From positions 1 to 35,687 of the forward strand of contig JAUVLY010000001.1 of assembly GCA_030600505.1 (NCBI GenBank): DNA of 35,687 bases, in the 5' to 3' direction. The DNA comes from Candidatus Falkowbacteria bacterium (GTDB lineage Bacteria > Patescibacteriota > Patescibacteriia > Patescibacteriales > UBA12075). The notes under the pieces were generated by a model, which was not told the origin of the DNA, ran no database searches, and saw nothing but the letters and a program-made list of their open reading frames with translations. Below, one piece after another: positions 14,040 to 21,707 of this stretch; the first letter of the stretch is position 1; every line of letters begins with the position of its first letter. The translations under genes were made by a program, and so were the position numbers.

Positions 14040-14561
14040 ATGCCGCAATATGCACTGAAATTACAAGGAAGTAATTGGGAAGAACTTGAAAAAAAATTGT
14101 CATTCAAGGGGTCAATAAAAAAGCTCTTTGAGAAAGCTAAAGTCAAATTTACCAAATGGGAGGCTGAAAAAATCTTTTTCACTGATCCGGGAAATAAAGT
14201 TGGTAAAACAATAACTATGACAGGTTTTGTTTTCATGGACCCGGAAAAAGTTGGCAACTGGCAACCCATATGTTATGTTCATTTAAAAAATATGCGACCA
14301 AAGACAACAGAAAAGATAACCATCATGCCGTGTGGTAAAGTAATGAATTCGACTGATTTACCTGGGGGCAGGAAAATTAAAGCCGGGGAAAAATTTGATA
14401 TTATTGAGGCAATAAGAATTAAAAACGATTATGGTTCTGGTCCTTTTCTTTTGCTGGGGATTGAATATAAAAAAAAGCGATATAGACAAAATTTTAAATT
14501 TTTTCGTTTTGTAGATTATAACGGAAAAGAAAAGTATATTAACAAAGAGTATTGTTTTTAA
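14040..14561 (+). CDS. hypothetical protein
   Basis: 173 aa. RBS AAGGAGG 6 nt before the ATG. Strong terminator follows. No motif recognised. Confidence 0.6.
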   Translation: MPQYALKLQGSNWEELEKKLSFKGSIKKLFEKAKVKFTKWEAEKIFFTDPGNKVGKTITMTGFVFMDPEKVGNWQPICYVHLKNMRPKTTEKITIMPCGKVMNSTDLPGGRKIKAGEKFDIIEAIRIKNDYGSGPFLLLGIEYKKKRYRQNFKFFRFVDYNGKEKYINKEYCF

Positions 14562-14599
14562 TTGAGTTGATAAATATTGAAAAGTTATAAATAGTACAT

Positions 14600-14629
14600 G
14601 GCCTTCTGAGTAAAGAAGGCCGTTTTTTT
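14600..14629 (+). terminator. rho-independent terminator
   Basis: GGCCTTCT (14600-14607) pairs with AGAAGGCC (14614-14621), then GTTTTTTT. Confidence 0.85.
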
Positions 14630-14645
14630 ATTTGCTTTTTTTAAT

Positions 14646-14674
14646 TTGACTATTTAGCTAATTTTAAGTAAAAT
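14646..14674 (+). promoter_or_regulatory. putative promoter of the ZIP transporter gene
   Basis: TTGACT (14646-14651), 17 nt, TAAAAT (14669-14674). Confidence 0.5.
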
Positions 14675-14704
14675 TTAAATATTAGTCATAAATTTTAAAT
14701 TTAT

Positions 14705-15445
14705 ATGTCAATTTTACTTTGGATAATATTGGCGACTGTAGCCATGAGCGCGGTTTCTTTGGTCGGGGCGCTGGCCCTGGTATTAAAGGAGAATATCTTA
14801 AAAAGAATAATTAAGCCTTTGGTGGCTTTTTCTGCCGGTTCGCTACTCGGTGGCGCCTTCCTCCACCTCTTACCCGAAGCGCTGGAAGAATCCGGTGAGA
14901 TTAACAAGATATTTATAATTTTGCTTACCGGCTTTGCCGTCTTTTTCCTGCTTGAGCAATTTATCCATTGGCATCACTGCCATCGCATGCCCTCGGAGCA
15001 TAAGCATCCGGTAACATATTTAATATTAATTTCCGATGGGGTGCATAATTTTCTTGACGGGCTGGCCATCGGCGCCGCTTTTGTTATTGATGTTCGCTTG
15101 GGTATGGCCACGACTCTGGCCATTGCCATGCACGAGATCCCACAGGAGTTGGGGGATTTTGGCATTTTGATCCACGGCGGTTGGAAAAAAGCCAAAGCGC
15201 TTTTGTTTAATTTTTTCTCCGGTTTGACCGCGGTCGCGGGCGGAATTATTGCTTGGCTATTGGCCGGAAACATTGAAATTGTGTATTTACTGCCGTTTGC
15301 GGCCGGTAATTTTATCTATATTGCCGCCTCAGACCTGATCCCGGAAATTAAACACCACGACTTTGCCAGCCGCAACGTTTTACATTTCCTGGCTTTTGTT
15401 CTTGGAATTGGGTTTATGTATTTGATTTTGTTTATTGAAATCTAA
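14705..15445 (+). CDS. zupT: ZIP family divalent-metal transporter (ZupT-like)
   Basis: 246 aa, multi-TM. His-rich loop HWHHCHRMPSEHKH. ZIP signature HEIPQELGDFGILIHGG. Confidence 0.85.
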   Translation: MSILLWIILATVAMSAVSLVGALALVLKENILKRIIKPLVAFSAGSLLGGAFLHLLPEALEESGEINKIFIILLTGFAVFFLLEQFIHWHHCHRMPSEHKHPVTYLILISDGVHNFLDGLAIGAAFVIDVRLGMATTLAIAMHEIPQELGDFGILIHGGWKKAKALLFNFFSGLTAVAGGIIAWLLAGNIEIVYLLPFAAGNFIYIAASDLIPEIKHHDFASRNVLHFLAFVLGIGFMYLILFIEI

Positions 15446-15449
15446 AATT

Positions 15450-16415
15450 ATGATTATTCGTTTGCTTGTCGGATTATTAATTGAAGCTGTTTTATTATGG
15501 CTTTTTTTTGGTTTTGAATATGTACGAATGTCTTTAGTGGCCTCTTTTGGCGTTTTAACAGTTGTTTATATCGCCATTGCCTATGCCCTGGGCTGGATAG
15601 TAGTTCGCGCTTTGGAAAAAGTAATGGTTAAAACCTGGGGAGTAGGTAAAATCGAGCGCAGCCTTAATTTTTTGATTGTTTTAGCTGTCCTGGTTTGGCT
15701 CATTTCCTGGTACGCGTTGCGTGGATTGCCCGATTCCAATACGATTCAGCCGGTAATAAATACCGCGCCAATACAGACCAAGACCGAGCGCGCGCCTTTT
15801 ACTTTTAATTATCGCGATACTGATTACCGGGTAGTACCCTTGGCCGATTATCAGTTGCCAGGCCTGATTGTCACACATAATAATATTAATGCCTGGTATA
15901 ATTATTATCATGATAAGGATTCGGTTAATTTAAAAGATATTTGTGTAATTTGGGGAGACAACACCGCGGATAATGTTTATCAGCAGATGAAATTCAAAAG
16001 CGGGGAGTGGACTTGCTATTTTGAATCTTGGGACTCTGATACCTGGCGTGTTTTTGATCCAAACAAGCTTTCCAACAATCATCTTTTAGCTAAAGATTTA
16101 AGCCTGCAAAAAAAGATTAGGAATTTGAATATTGGCGATCAGGTTTATCTGGAGGGGATGTTGGTTAGCTATGGCAAAACCGGTTTAGAAGAAAAGTATT
16201 ATCGTGCCAGCTCCATGTCTAGGACAGACAAGGGTAATCATTCCTGTGAAACTTTTTTTGTGGAAAAGTTAGAGATTATTAAGGCTGGCAAACCGAATTG
16301 GCACATAGCTAAAGAAATGAGCAAATATTTATTTTTATTTATAATTATATTAAAGATATTACTGTTTTTTATAAGCCATCGTAAGGTATTGTTTTCTAGA
16401 AAAACCAATTATTAA
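15450..16415 (+). CDS. membrane-anchored protein, unknown function
   Basis: ATG at 15450 lies 5 nt after the ZIP stop (the ORF track starts at a TTG at 15435). About 4 N-terminal TM helices, a roughly 190-aa soluble domain and a C-terminal TM helix. Confidence 0.6.
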   Translation: MIIRLLVGLLIEAVLLWLFFGFEYVRMSLVASFGVLTVVYIAIAYALGWIVVRALEKVMVKTWGVGKIERSLNFLIVLAVLVWLISWYALRGLPDSNTIQPVINTAPIQTKTERAPFTFNYRDTDYRVVPLADYQLPGLIVTHNNINAWYNYYHDKDSVNLKDICVIWGDNTADNVYQQMKFKSGEWTCYFESWDSDTWRVFDPNKLSNNHLLAKDLSLQKKIRNLNIGDQVYLEGMLVSYGKTGLEEKYYRASSMSRTDKGNHSCETFFVEKLEIIKAGKPNWHIAKEMSKYLFLFIIILKILLFFISHRKVLFSRKTNY

Positions 16416-16427
16416 ATAAATAATAAT

Positions 16428-16469
16428 AAAAAAACTAGCCTATGGGTGTGGATTTACCCATAGGCTTTT
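16428..16469. terminator. bidirectional terminator between convergent genes
   Basis: AGCCTATGGGT (16437-16447) pairs with ACCCATAGGCT (16456-16466), flanked by an A-run on the left and a T-run on the right. Confidence 0.75.
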
Positions 16470-16490
16470 CTATTTGGCCAATTTATTTTT

Positions 16491-16694
16491 TTATATCTGG
16501 GCCGGTTCGTATTTTTCCCAAAAATCAGACCAGGAAAGCGTTATTTCTTCAGCATCTTCAATTAGTTCCTCTATTATATTGCAGGGTTTTAAAAAGACGA
16601 CCTTGCCGCCATTACTTGGGTGCATAAGCAGCAAAACATAGAGCGGCCAATCTTTTACCTTTAGCCTTCTAGAAAAAAGAACATGTTTACCCAT
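16491..16694 (-). CDS. hypothetical small protein
   Basis: 67 aa. Strong RBS (AAGGAGG on the minus strand, 16698-16704). Terminator downstream. Confidence 0.55.
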   Translation of the reverse strand: MGKHVLFSRRLKVKDWPLYVLLLMHPSNGGKVVFLKPCNIIEELIEDAEEITLSWSDFWEKYEPAQI

Positions 16695-17049
16695 TAGAAC
16701 CTCCTTATTGTTTGATAATTAATGTTTGTTTTAATAATAGTTAATTTAAGCACAATTTTTTGGTTTTAGCAAGCCTTATCTTTCCCGGGCAGGGGAGATA
16801 GGGTATAATAGGAATTACAACTGAATATAGGGGCCTACGCTTGTGGATAAGTGCTAGGTAAGTTTGTTGTTGGCTAAAAATTGTAATAATTAACAAAAAT
16901 ATCACTTAATAATTGGTTAGAAATTAGCCAATTTTTTTTATTTTTTAAATATAATTATAATAATTTGAAAAAATAGGCTGTTTATACTATAATAATAGTA
17001 ATACTATAGCACTATAGCATTATGGTGTTATGGGGGCGAAGAAACGTGG

Positions 17050-17100
17050 TTTGACCTATCGGTCAAAGCGGCACTACGAATGCCGCACATGCGAATAAAT
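17050..17100 (+). repeat. two-hairpin + RCGAAT repeat, copy B
   Basis: Hairpin 1 is TTTGACC-TATC-GGTCAAA (17050-17067). Hairpin 2 is GCGGCA-CTACGAA-TGCCGC (17068-17086). Then ACATGCGAAT (17087-17096). Both stems differ from copy A by compensatory changes. Confidence 0.7.
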
Positions 17101-17162
17101 AATAAAAAACAAAAAGAACATAAAAACCAAAAAAACTTAATTAAATAATTCGCCAGCTCCCC

Positions 17163-18203
17163 ATGCTAGGATCAGCAAAATTAAGGAATTTTGGTGTTGG
17201 TTTTTTAATAGTCGTTTTACTATTAACGTTTTTTAATATTCCAACAAGTATCGCGGCTTATTCCAATGTATCTGATACGATCTCTGATTCCCGGGTTTCT
17301 GTTTCTGCCAGCCATGTTATAACTTTTACTACGGCCAGTGATATTGGCGCTAATGGTTATTATGAAATTACCATGGCCCCGGAATACGGCGATATTAAAG
17401 AGGCCTCGTGTTCCGGGCCAAACGTTACCGTCTCTACCACTACCGAAACCGTGCGCTGTACTTATAGTATTTCACCCGGTGCCGCCACTACCACCACGAT
17501 TTATGTTGATAATGTTAGCAATCCTTCCGCAACTGGCCGCTACAATGTTTTAATTGGCTCATATGACTCTGGTGATACCGATCTGGAGCACGGCGACGCG
17601 GCGGTTTATATAACAGACGCGCTTGAAGTCTCAGCCTGGATCGGCAGCATTTTGAATTTTGAAATGACAAACGAGAATGTGAGCGAGGTTAATGGCGTAA
17701 CCATTACCGGCTCATCAACGCTTGATACCCTGCCTTTTAACGAATTAAATATCAGTGCATCTTCTACTTTGGCTCAGACTTTAACTATGCAGACCAATGC
17801 CAAGAACGGTTTTTCCTGTACCGTGCAGCAGGATCAGGAATTAACCAACCAATCAAATCATACGATTAACAGCTTTGATAATTCGCCGGATGGGACCGGC
17901 TCTTCCACGTCTCCGCATACTTGGAATGCACCAACAGGAGAATTAAACGCCTATCATACCTATGGCCACCTGGGTTTAACGACCGATGATTCCAGTCTAA
18001 GTTCTTTGGATTTTAGCGGTTCAAAATATGCCGGCTTAAACGGCACAGAGCCTTTAGAGGTTTTTTATAATAATGGGCCGGTAATTCATCCGGTCATTGG
18101 CTCGGGCAAAGCCCATATTGCCTATACAATTGAGATTTCCGCCCTGCAGGAGGAAGGCGTATATAATTCAAATTTAACTTATGTTTGTACCGGGAATTAT
18201 TAA
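17163..18203 (+). CDS. secreted Thr/Ser/Asn-rich surface protein, unknown function
   Basis: 346 aa. N-terminal signal/anchor (FGVGFLIVVLLLTFFNIPTSIAA). Composition suggests all-beta. No catalytic motif. No SD sequence. Confidence 0.6.
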   Translation: MLGSAKLRNFGVGFLIVVLLLTFFNIPTSIAAYSNVSDTISDSRVSVSASHVITFTTASDIGANGYYEITMAPEYGDIKEASCSGPNVTVSTTTETVRCTYSISPGAATTTTIYVDNVSNPSATGRYNVLIGSYDSGDTDLEHGDAAVYITDALEVSAWIGSILNFEMTNENVSEVNGVTITGSSTLDTLPFNELNISASSTLAQTLTMQTNAKNGFSCTVQQDQELTNQSNHTINSFDNSPDGTGSSTSPHTWNAPTGELNAYHTYGHLGLTTDDSSLSSLDFSGSKYAGLNGTEPLEVFYNNGPVIHPVIGSGKAHIAYTIEISALQEEGVYNSNLTYVCTGNY

Positions 18204-18210
18204 CATAAAT

Positions 18211-18280
18211 ACCCTCACCCCCCGGCCCCCTCTCCTAATTAGGAGAGGGGGAGGCGAGCGTAGCGAGCGGGGGAGAGGGT
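18211..18280. repeat. GC-rich nested palindrome (REP-like)
   Basis: Perfect 26-nt palindrome CCCCCTCTCCTAATTAGGAGAGGGGG (18226-18251) nested inside ACCCTCACCCCCC (18211-18223) and GGGGGAGAGGGT (18269-18280). Confidence 0.7.
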
Positions 18281-18298
18281 AAAATAATAAAAATAAAT

Positions 18299-18442
18299 AT
18301 GAAAAAAACACTAAATTTTAGAAAATTATTTAAGCGTCGTCGGCGGCTTAACCCCCGTGTCCATGCTGGTCATTTGTTTACGGATGTAGGCAAATATAGC
18401 TCAAGTGTTAAGTCGAATAAAAAAGTCTTCATTCGAATTTAA
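18299..18442 (+). CDS. possible 47-aa basic peptide (weak)
   Basis: ATG..TAA ORF MKKTLNFRKLFKRRRRLNPRVHAGH... No RBS. Below the ORF-track cutoff. Hairpin at 18613-18648 downstream. Confidence 0.2.
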   Translation: MKKTLNFRKLFKRRRRLNPRVHAGHLFTDVGKYSSSVKSNKKVFIRI

Positions 18443-18612
18443 ATATTAATAATAAAATTCGCATCCTGTTTTCTATTTTCTATTTTCTGCTTTCTTTAAT
18501 GTTGATATAAAAATAAATTTATATAAAGCCCGAGATAAGAAGCTCAGACAAATGATTTATTTTAGAATAAAATATTAAAACAAAAATAAAGACCTAAATA
18601 AAAATAAATATT

Positions 18613-18648
18613 AAAGGCCTGGTTTTTTGTCATTTAAACCAGGCCTTT
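18613..18648 (+). terminator. hairpin terminator-like element
   Basis: AAAGGCCTGGTTT (18613-18625) pairs with AAACCAGGCCTTT (18636-18648). Confidence 0.5.
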
Positions 18649-18654
18649 ATGTTA

Positions 18655-18705
18655 TTTTTGCTAGCGCAAAAAGCCGCACTACAAATGCGGCACATACGAA
18701 TTTAG
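18655..18705 (+). repeat. two-hairpin + RCGAAT repeat, copy C
   Basis: TTTTTGC-TAGC-GCAAAAA (18655-18672). GCCGCA-CTACAAA-TGCGGC (18673-18691). ACATACGAAT (18692-18701). Confidence 0.7.
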
Positions 18706-18784
18706 ACTTTAAACACCCTAAGCTCTTTGGCACGGGAGACGGTAATAACTACTTGTAGTGCAGTGTAGTAAATTATATTTATTT

Positions 18785-18830
18785 ATTCGCATGACCCGCA
18801 TTTGTAGTTGCGGGATGTGCGAAGCACGAT
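18785..18830 (-). repeat. two-hairpin + RCGAAT repeat, inverted copy C'
   Basis: The reverse complement reads GTGC-TTC-GCAC, CCCGCA-ACTACAAA-TGCGGG, TCATGCGAAT. It faces copy C across about 80 bp. Confidence 0.6.
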
Positions 18831-18880
18831 GACATAAAGTTGGCTGAAATGGCGGTTTTAGGTTATAATATATTATAGTT

Positions 18881-20863
18881 ATGGATAGTGGATTAAAAGA
18901 AACAAATAATCGGTTTAAACACATCCCGGCTATGGATTCAGGGGAATTTCAGGCATTTTTAAATAATAGTGATGATATTATTATTGCCACTGACCCGGAC
19001 GGGACGATCAAGTTTGCCAATTTAAAGGCTAGGCGGATGCTTGGGTATTTGGCCTATGAGCTGGAAGATAAAAAAATAATAAATATTGTTAAGGATGATC
19101 ATGGGTCATACGCCGAGGAGGTAGTGGCCAAGGCGCGGCGCGGCCAAATAGTAAAGGATATTAAGCTGATATTGGTTGGCAAGCAGGGTCAGAAGATCAT
19201 GGTCGAAGGATCGCTTACTCCCTTATTTGAACACCGGGAATGTACTTCTCTTTGGGCCAAGTTCACGACTGTTACGCCGGACGCTAGTACGGACAAGGAG
19301 ATAAAGAAGCTGCGGCAGAAGCGTTTTGAATTAGAGGCATTAAAGTCATTATCTGACCGTTTAACCAATATTTTTGACTTAAGGGAAGCGATCAAAACCA
19401 TTAATAATTATTTGTCCGAAGTGCTTGAATATAGTTCAGCAGCGTATTTAATATTCAGCCCCGAGCATGATGATGGTTATGTGTTTATAAATTATCTTAA
19501 AGATAAGGTGGGCAAGAAGTACATTGAGGCAGTTAAAAAAGACATCAGCAGTCATTTGACAAATGAGAGGCACAAGGAAATCAAACAGATAATGGACAAG
19601 TTTACGGATATTAAGCCCGAGATACACGGGTCCAGGCTGGATTCCGGGAGCAGAAGCGTTCCCCGCTCGCAAGTAATTTTTCCCCTTAAGCTGGGGGCTG
19701 CTACCTTGGGTTTAATCCACATTTCTTCGAGTAAGCCAAATCGCTATTTGGGCGGCACCAATTGGCTGACCGATGCGATGGTCGTTACCTTTGTTCTTTT
19801 TGTGGTTCGTTTACAGATGGTGCTTCGGGCCCAGCGCAGCCGGACCGAGACCCTGGTGCGTAGTTTGTCGGACGGTATTATTATGTTTAATGACCAGCTA
19901 AATATAACTTTAATGAACGAACAGGGCCAGGAGTTTACCGGTCTGGATCCGAATCTGGCTTCGCTTAGGGATTTTTTTGCCTTATTCCCAAAAGCGAACC
20001 TGGAGTCTAAGACCACTAAGATGCTGGTGAGCGGCAAGACCGTACATGTTGATAATGTTCATTTAAGAAGTAGGCATTATGAGATTTTTTTTACTCCGGT
20101 TAAAGATAACCAGGGCAAAGTAGTTAATGGCGCTATTGTTCTTCACGATATCACCCGCCTAAAAGAGATTGACCAGATGAAGACCGATTTTGTTTATATT
20201 GCTTCGCACCAGCTCCGTACCCCGCTTACCGGAATAAAGTGGTTTATTAAATTGCTTGAAAAGGAGATCATTAAGAACGGCCAAGTTACTACCAGAGAAA
20301 AAGAATGCCTGGAACAGATTACCTTATCCAATAACATTGTTATTAAGCTGGTTAATGACCTTCTTAATGTCAGCCGGATAGAGACCGGTCATAAGTTTAA
20401 GATCGAGAAAACAAGTTTTGACTTTTCCGTGCTAATGAAAGAGATATTAAAAGACAATGTTGTTGGTATGGAAGAAAATAATATTACTGTTAAAGTTAAG
20501 TGCCAGCCAGCTAAGCTTAGACTCAGGGCCGACCGAACCAAGGTTAGGCAAGTAATTCATAATTTAATTACCAATGGGGTAAAATATTCTCTGTCCGGCG
20601 GCACAGTATTGGTTAATGCTAAAGCAGATAAAAAGCAAGTTATAATTAGCGTGAAAGATTCAGGCATTGGCATCCCCAAAAATCAGCAGCAGGATATTTT
20701 TTCTAAATTTTTTCGGGCCGACAACGCCAGTGCCAAGGGCTTGCCGGGCAGCGGCCTAGGGCTCTATATGGCCAAAGCGGTTGTAGAGGCCCATGGCGGT
20801 AAAATGAGCTTTAAATCCATTCTCAATAAGGGCACTATTTTTACCTTTACCTTACCAAGATAA
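18881..20863 (+). CDS. PAS-domain sensor histidine kinase
   Basis: 660 aa. PAS-like N-terminus (DIIIATDPDGTIKFANLKARRMLGY). A second PAS (SLSDGIIMFNDQL...). H-box ASHQLRTPLT. N box NLITNGVKYS. G boxes DSGIGIP and GSGLGLYMAK. No clear TM segments. Confidence 0.85.
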   Translation: MDSGLKETNNRFKHIPAMDSGEFQAFLNNSDDIIIATDPDGTIKFANLKARRMLGYLAYELEDKKIINIVKDDHGSYAEEVVAKARRGQIVKDIKLILVGKQGQKIMVEGSLTPLFEHRECTSLWAKFTTVTPDASTDKEIKKLRQKRFELEALKSLSDRLTNIFDLREAIKTINNYLSEVLEYSSAAYLIFSPEHDDGYVFINYLKDKVGKKYIEAVKKDISSHLTNERHKEIKQIMDKFTDIKPEIHGSRLDSGSRSVPRSQVIFPLKLGAATLGLIHISSSKPNRYLGGTNWLTDAMVVTFVLFVVRLQMVLRAQRSRTETLVRSLSDGIIMFNDQLNITLMNEQGQEFTGLDPNLASLRDFFALFPKANLESKTTKMLVSGKTVHVDNVHLRSRHYEIFFTPVKDNQGKVVNGAIVLHDITRLKEIDQMKTDFVYIASHQLRTPLTGIKWFIKLLEKEIIKNGQVTTREKECLEQITLSNNIVIKLVNDLLNVSRIETGHKFKIEKTSFDFSVLMKEILKDNVVGMEENNITVKVKCQPAKLRLRADRTKVRQVIHNLITNGVKYSLSGGTVLVNAKADKKQVIISVKDSGIGIPKNQQQDIFSKFFRADNASAKGLPGSGLGLYMAKAVVEAHGGKMSFKSILNKGTIFTFTLPR

Positions 20864-20998
20864 ATAACTATTTTATTGTTGTTCATTTTTTGATATAATA
20901 AATTAAGAATAACCTTATAAAGGCGTGTAGGGCAATATTTAAGGTTAAATTTTCATAAATTGGTAATAAATCAATATTGAATAATTATAAAGATATAT

Positions 20999-21367
20999 AT
21001 GGCTAAAAAAATACTTGTTGTGGAAGACGTTAGTTTTCTACAAAACGCGATAAAAATGGTTTTGGAAGATGCCGGCTATGAGGTTTTGACCGCTTCGGAC
21101 GGATTGAAGGGGCTTAACGCCGCGACTACCAAAAAGCCGGATTTAATTCTCCTCGATATTATGATGCCCAAAATGGACGGTATGACCATGCTTAAAAAAT
21201 TGCGCCAGCATCCGAACGGCAAAAGAGTGCCGGTAATTATTCTTACCAATTTAAGCAGTGAGGAAAAGCTGATAGAAGCTAACAAAGAAGGTGTAACCGA
21301 TTATTTTATTAAGAGTGACTGGGAAATTGAGGAGTTGCCGGAATTGGTAGAGAATAAATTAGGATAA
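20999..21367 (+). CDS. single-domain response regulator (CheY-like receiver)
   Basis: 122 aa. ILVVEDV... and DLILLDIMMPKMDG (phospho-acceptor Asp), then PVIILTN and K near the end. No output domain. Confidence 0.85.
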   Translation: MAKKILVVEDVSFLQNAIKMVLEDAGYEVLTASDGLKGLNAATTKKPDLILLDIMMPKMDGMTMLKKLRQHPNGKRVPVIILTNLSSEEKLIEANKEGVTDYFIKSDWEIEELPELVENKLG

Positions 21368-21400
21368 TTAAATATAACCCGAACAAAAAAGGAGGATAGA

Positions 21401-21574
21401 ATGTCGAAAACACCATTTAATTATTTACGTGATTGTGCTACTGGTGAAGATGAGGTAAAAATAATATATAATGGATCAGGGAAGGATAATCAAGACAAGC
21501 AACTAAAACCATTCATGCCTGGGCCGGACGGTAAACATCCAATTACGGCAAAACCGAACGATGAACCTTCTTAA
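21401..21574 (+). CDS. small hypothetical protein (57 aa), missing from the ORF track
   Basis: ATG at 21401 is preceded by AAAAGGAGGATAGA. MSKTPFNYLRDCATGEDEVKIIYNGSGKDNQDKQLKPFMPGPDGKHPITAKPNDEPS. A strong terminator follows immediately. Confidence 0.55.
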   Translation: MSKTPFNYLRDCATGEDEVKIIYNGSGKDNQDKQLKPFMPGPDGKHPITAKPNDEPS

Positions 21575-21594
21575 AGGGAGTGATTTTTTTCTCG

Positions 21595-21636
21595 AAAGAT
21601 ATAAGCTTAAGAAAAGCGAGCTTATATCTTTTTTTA
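21595..21636 (+). terminator. rho-independent terminator
   Basis: AAAGATATAAGCT (21595-21607) pairs with AGCTTATATCTTT (21619-21631), then a T-run. Confidence 0.85.
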
Positions 21637-21707
21637 TGTTATTTTTTCTAATTTAAAGGAGTTATTGAACATTAAGCTTATTTAAGCTACAATGTAAATA
21701 TAATAAT

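Noticed and set aside
13632-15273. Minus-strand ORFs 13632..13865, 13997..14269, 14701..14907 and 14974..15273.
   Set aside because: They are antisense to better-supported + strand genes that have an RBS, a terminator or the ZIP signature. One crosses a promoter and repeat region.
16442-16627. ORF 16442..16627 (+).
   Set aside because: It starts inside the bidirectional terminator hairpin and runs antisense to the RBS-supported 16491..16694 gene.
18718-18924. ORF 18718..18924 (-).
   Set aside because: It spans the inverted repeat copy C' and the start of the histidine kinase gene. It looks like a by-product of repeat sequence.
20776-20800. GTAGAGGCCCATGGCGG inside the kinase gene resembles the GTAGAG-headed palindrome in rsmI.
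   Set aside because: It encodes the conserved VVEAHGG segment next to the G2 box of histidine kinases, has no GTCTA closing arm and only a 6-bp palindrome. It is probably coincidental.
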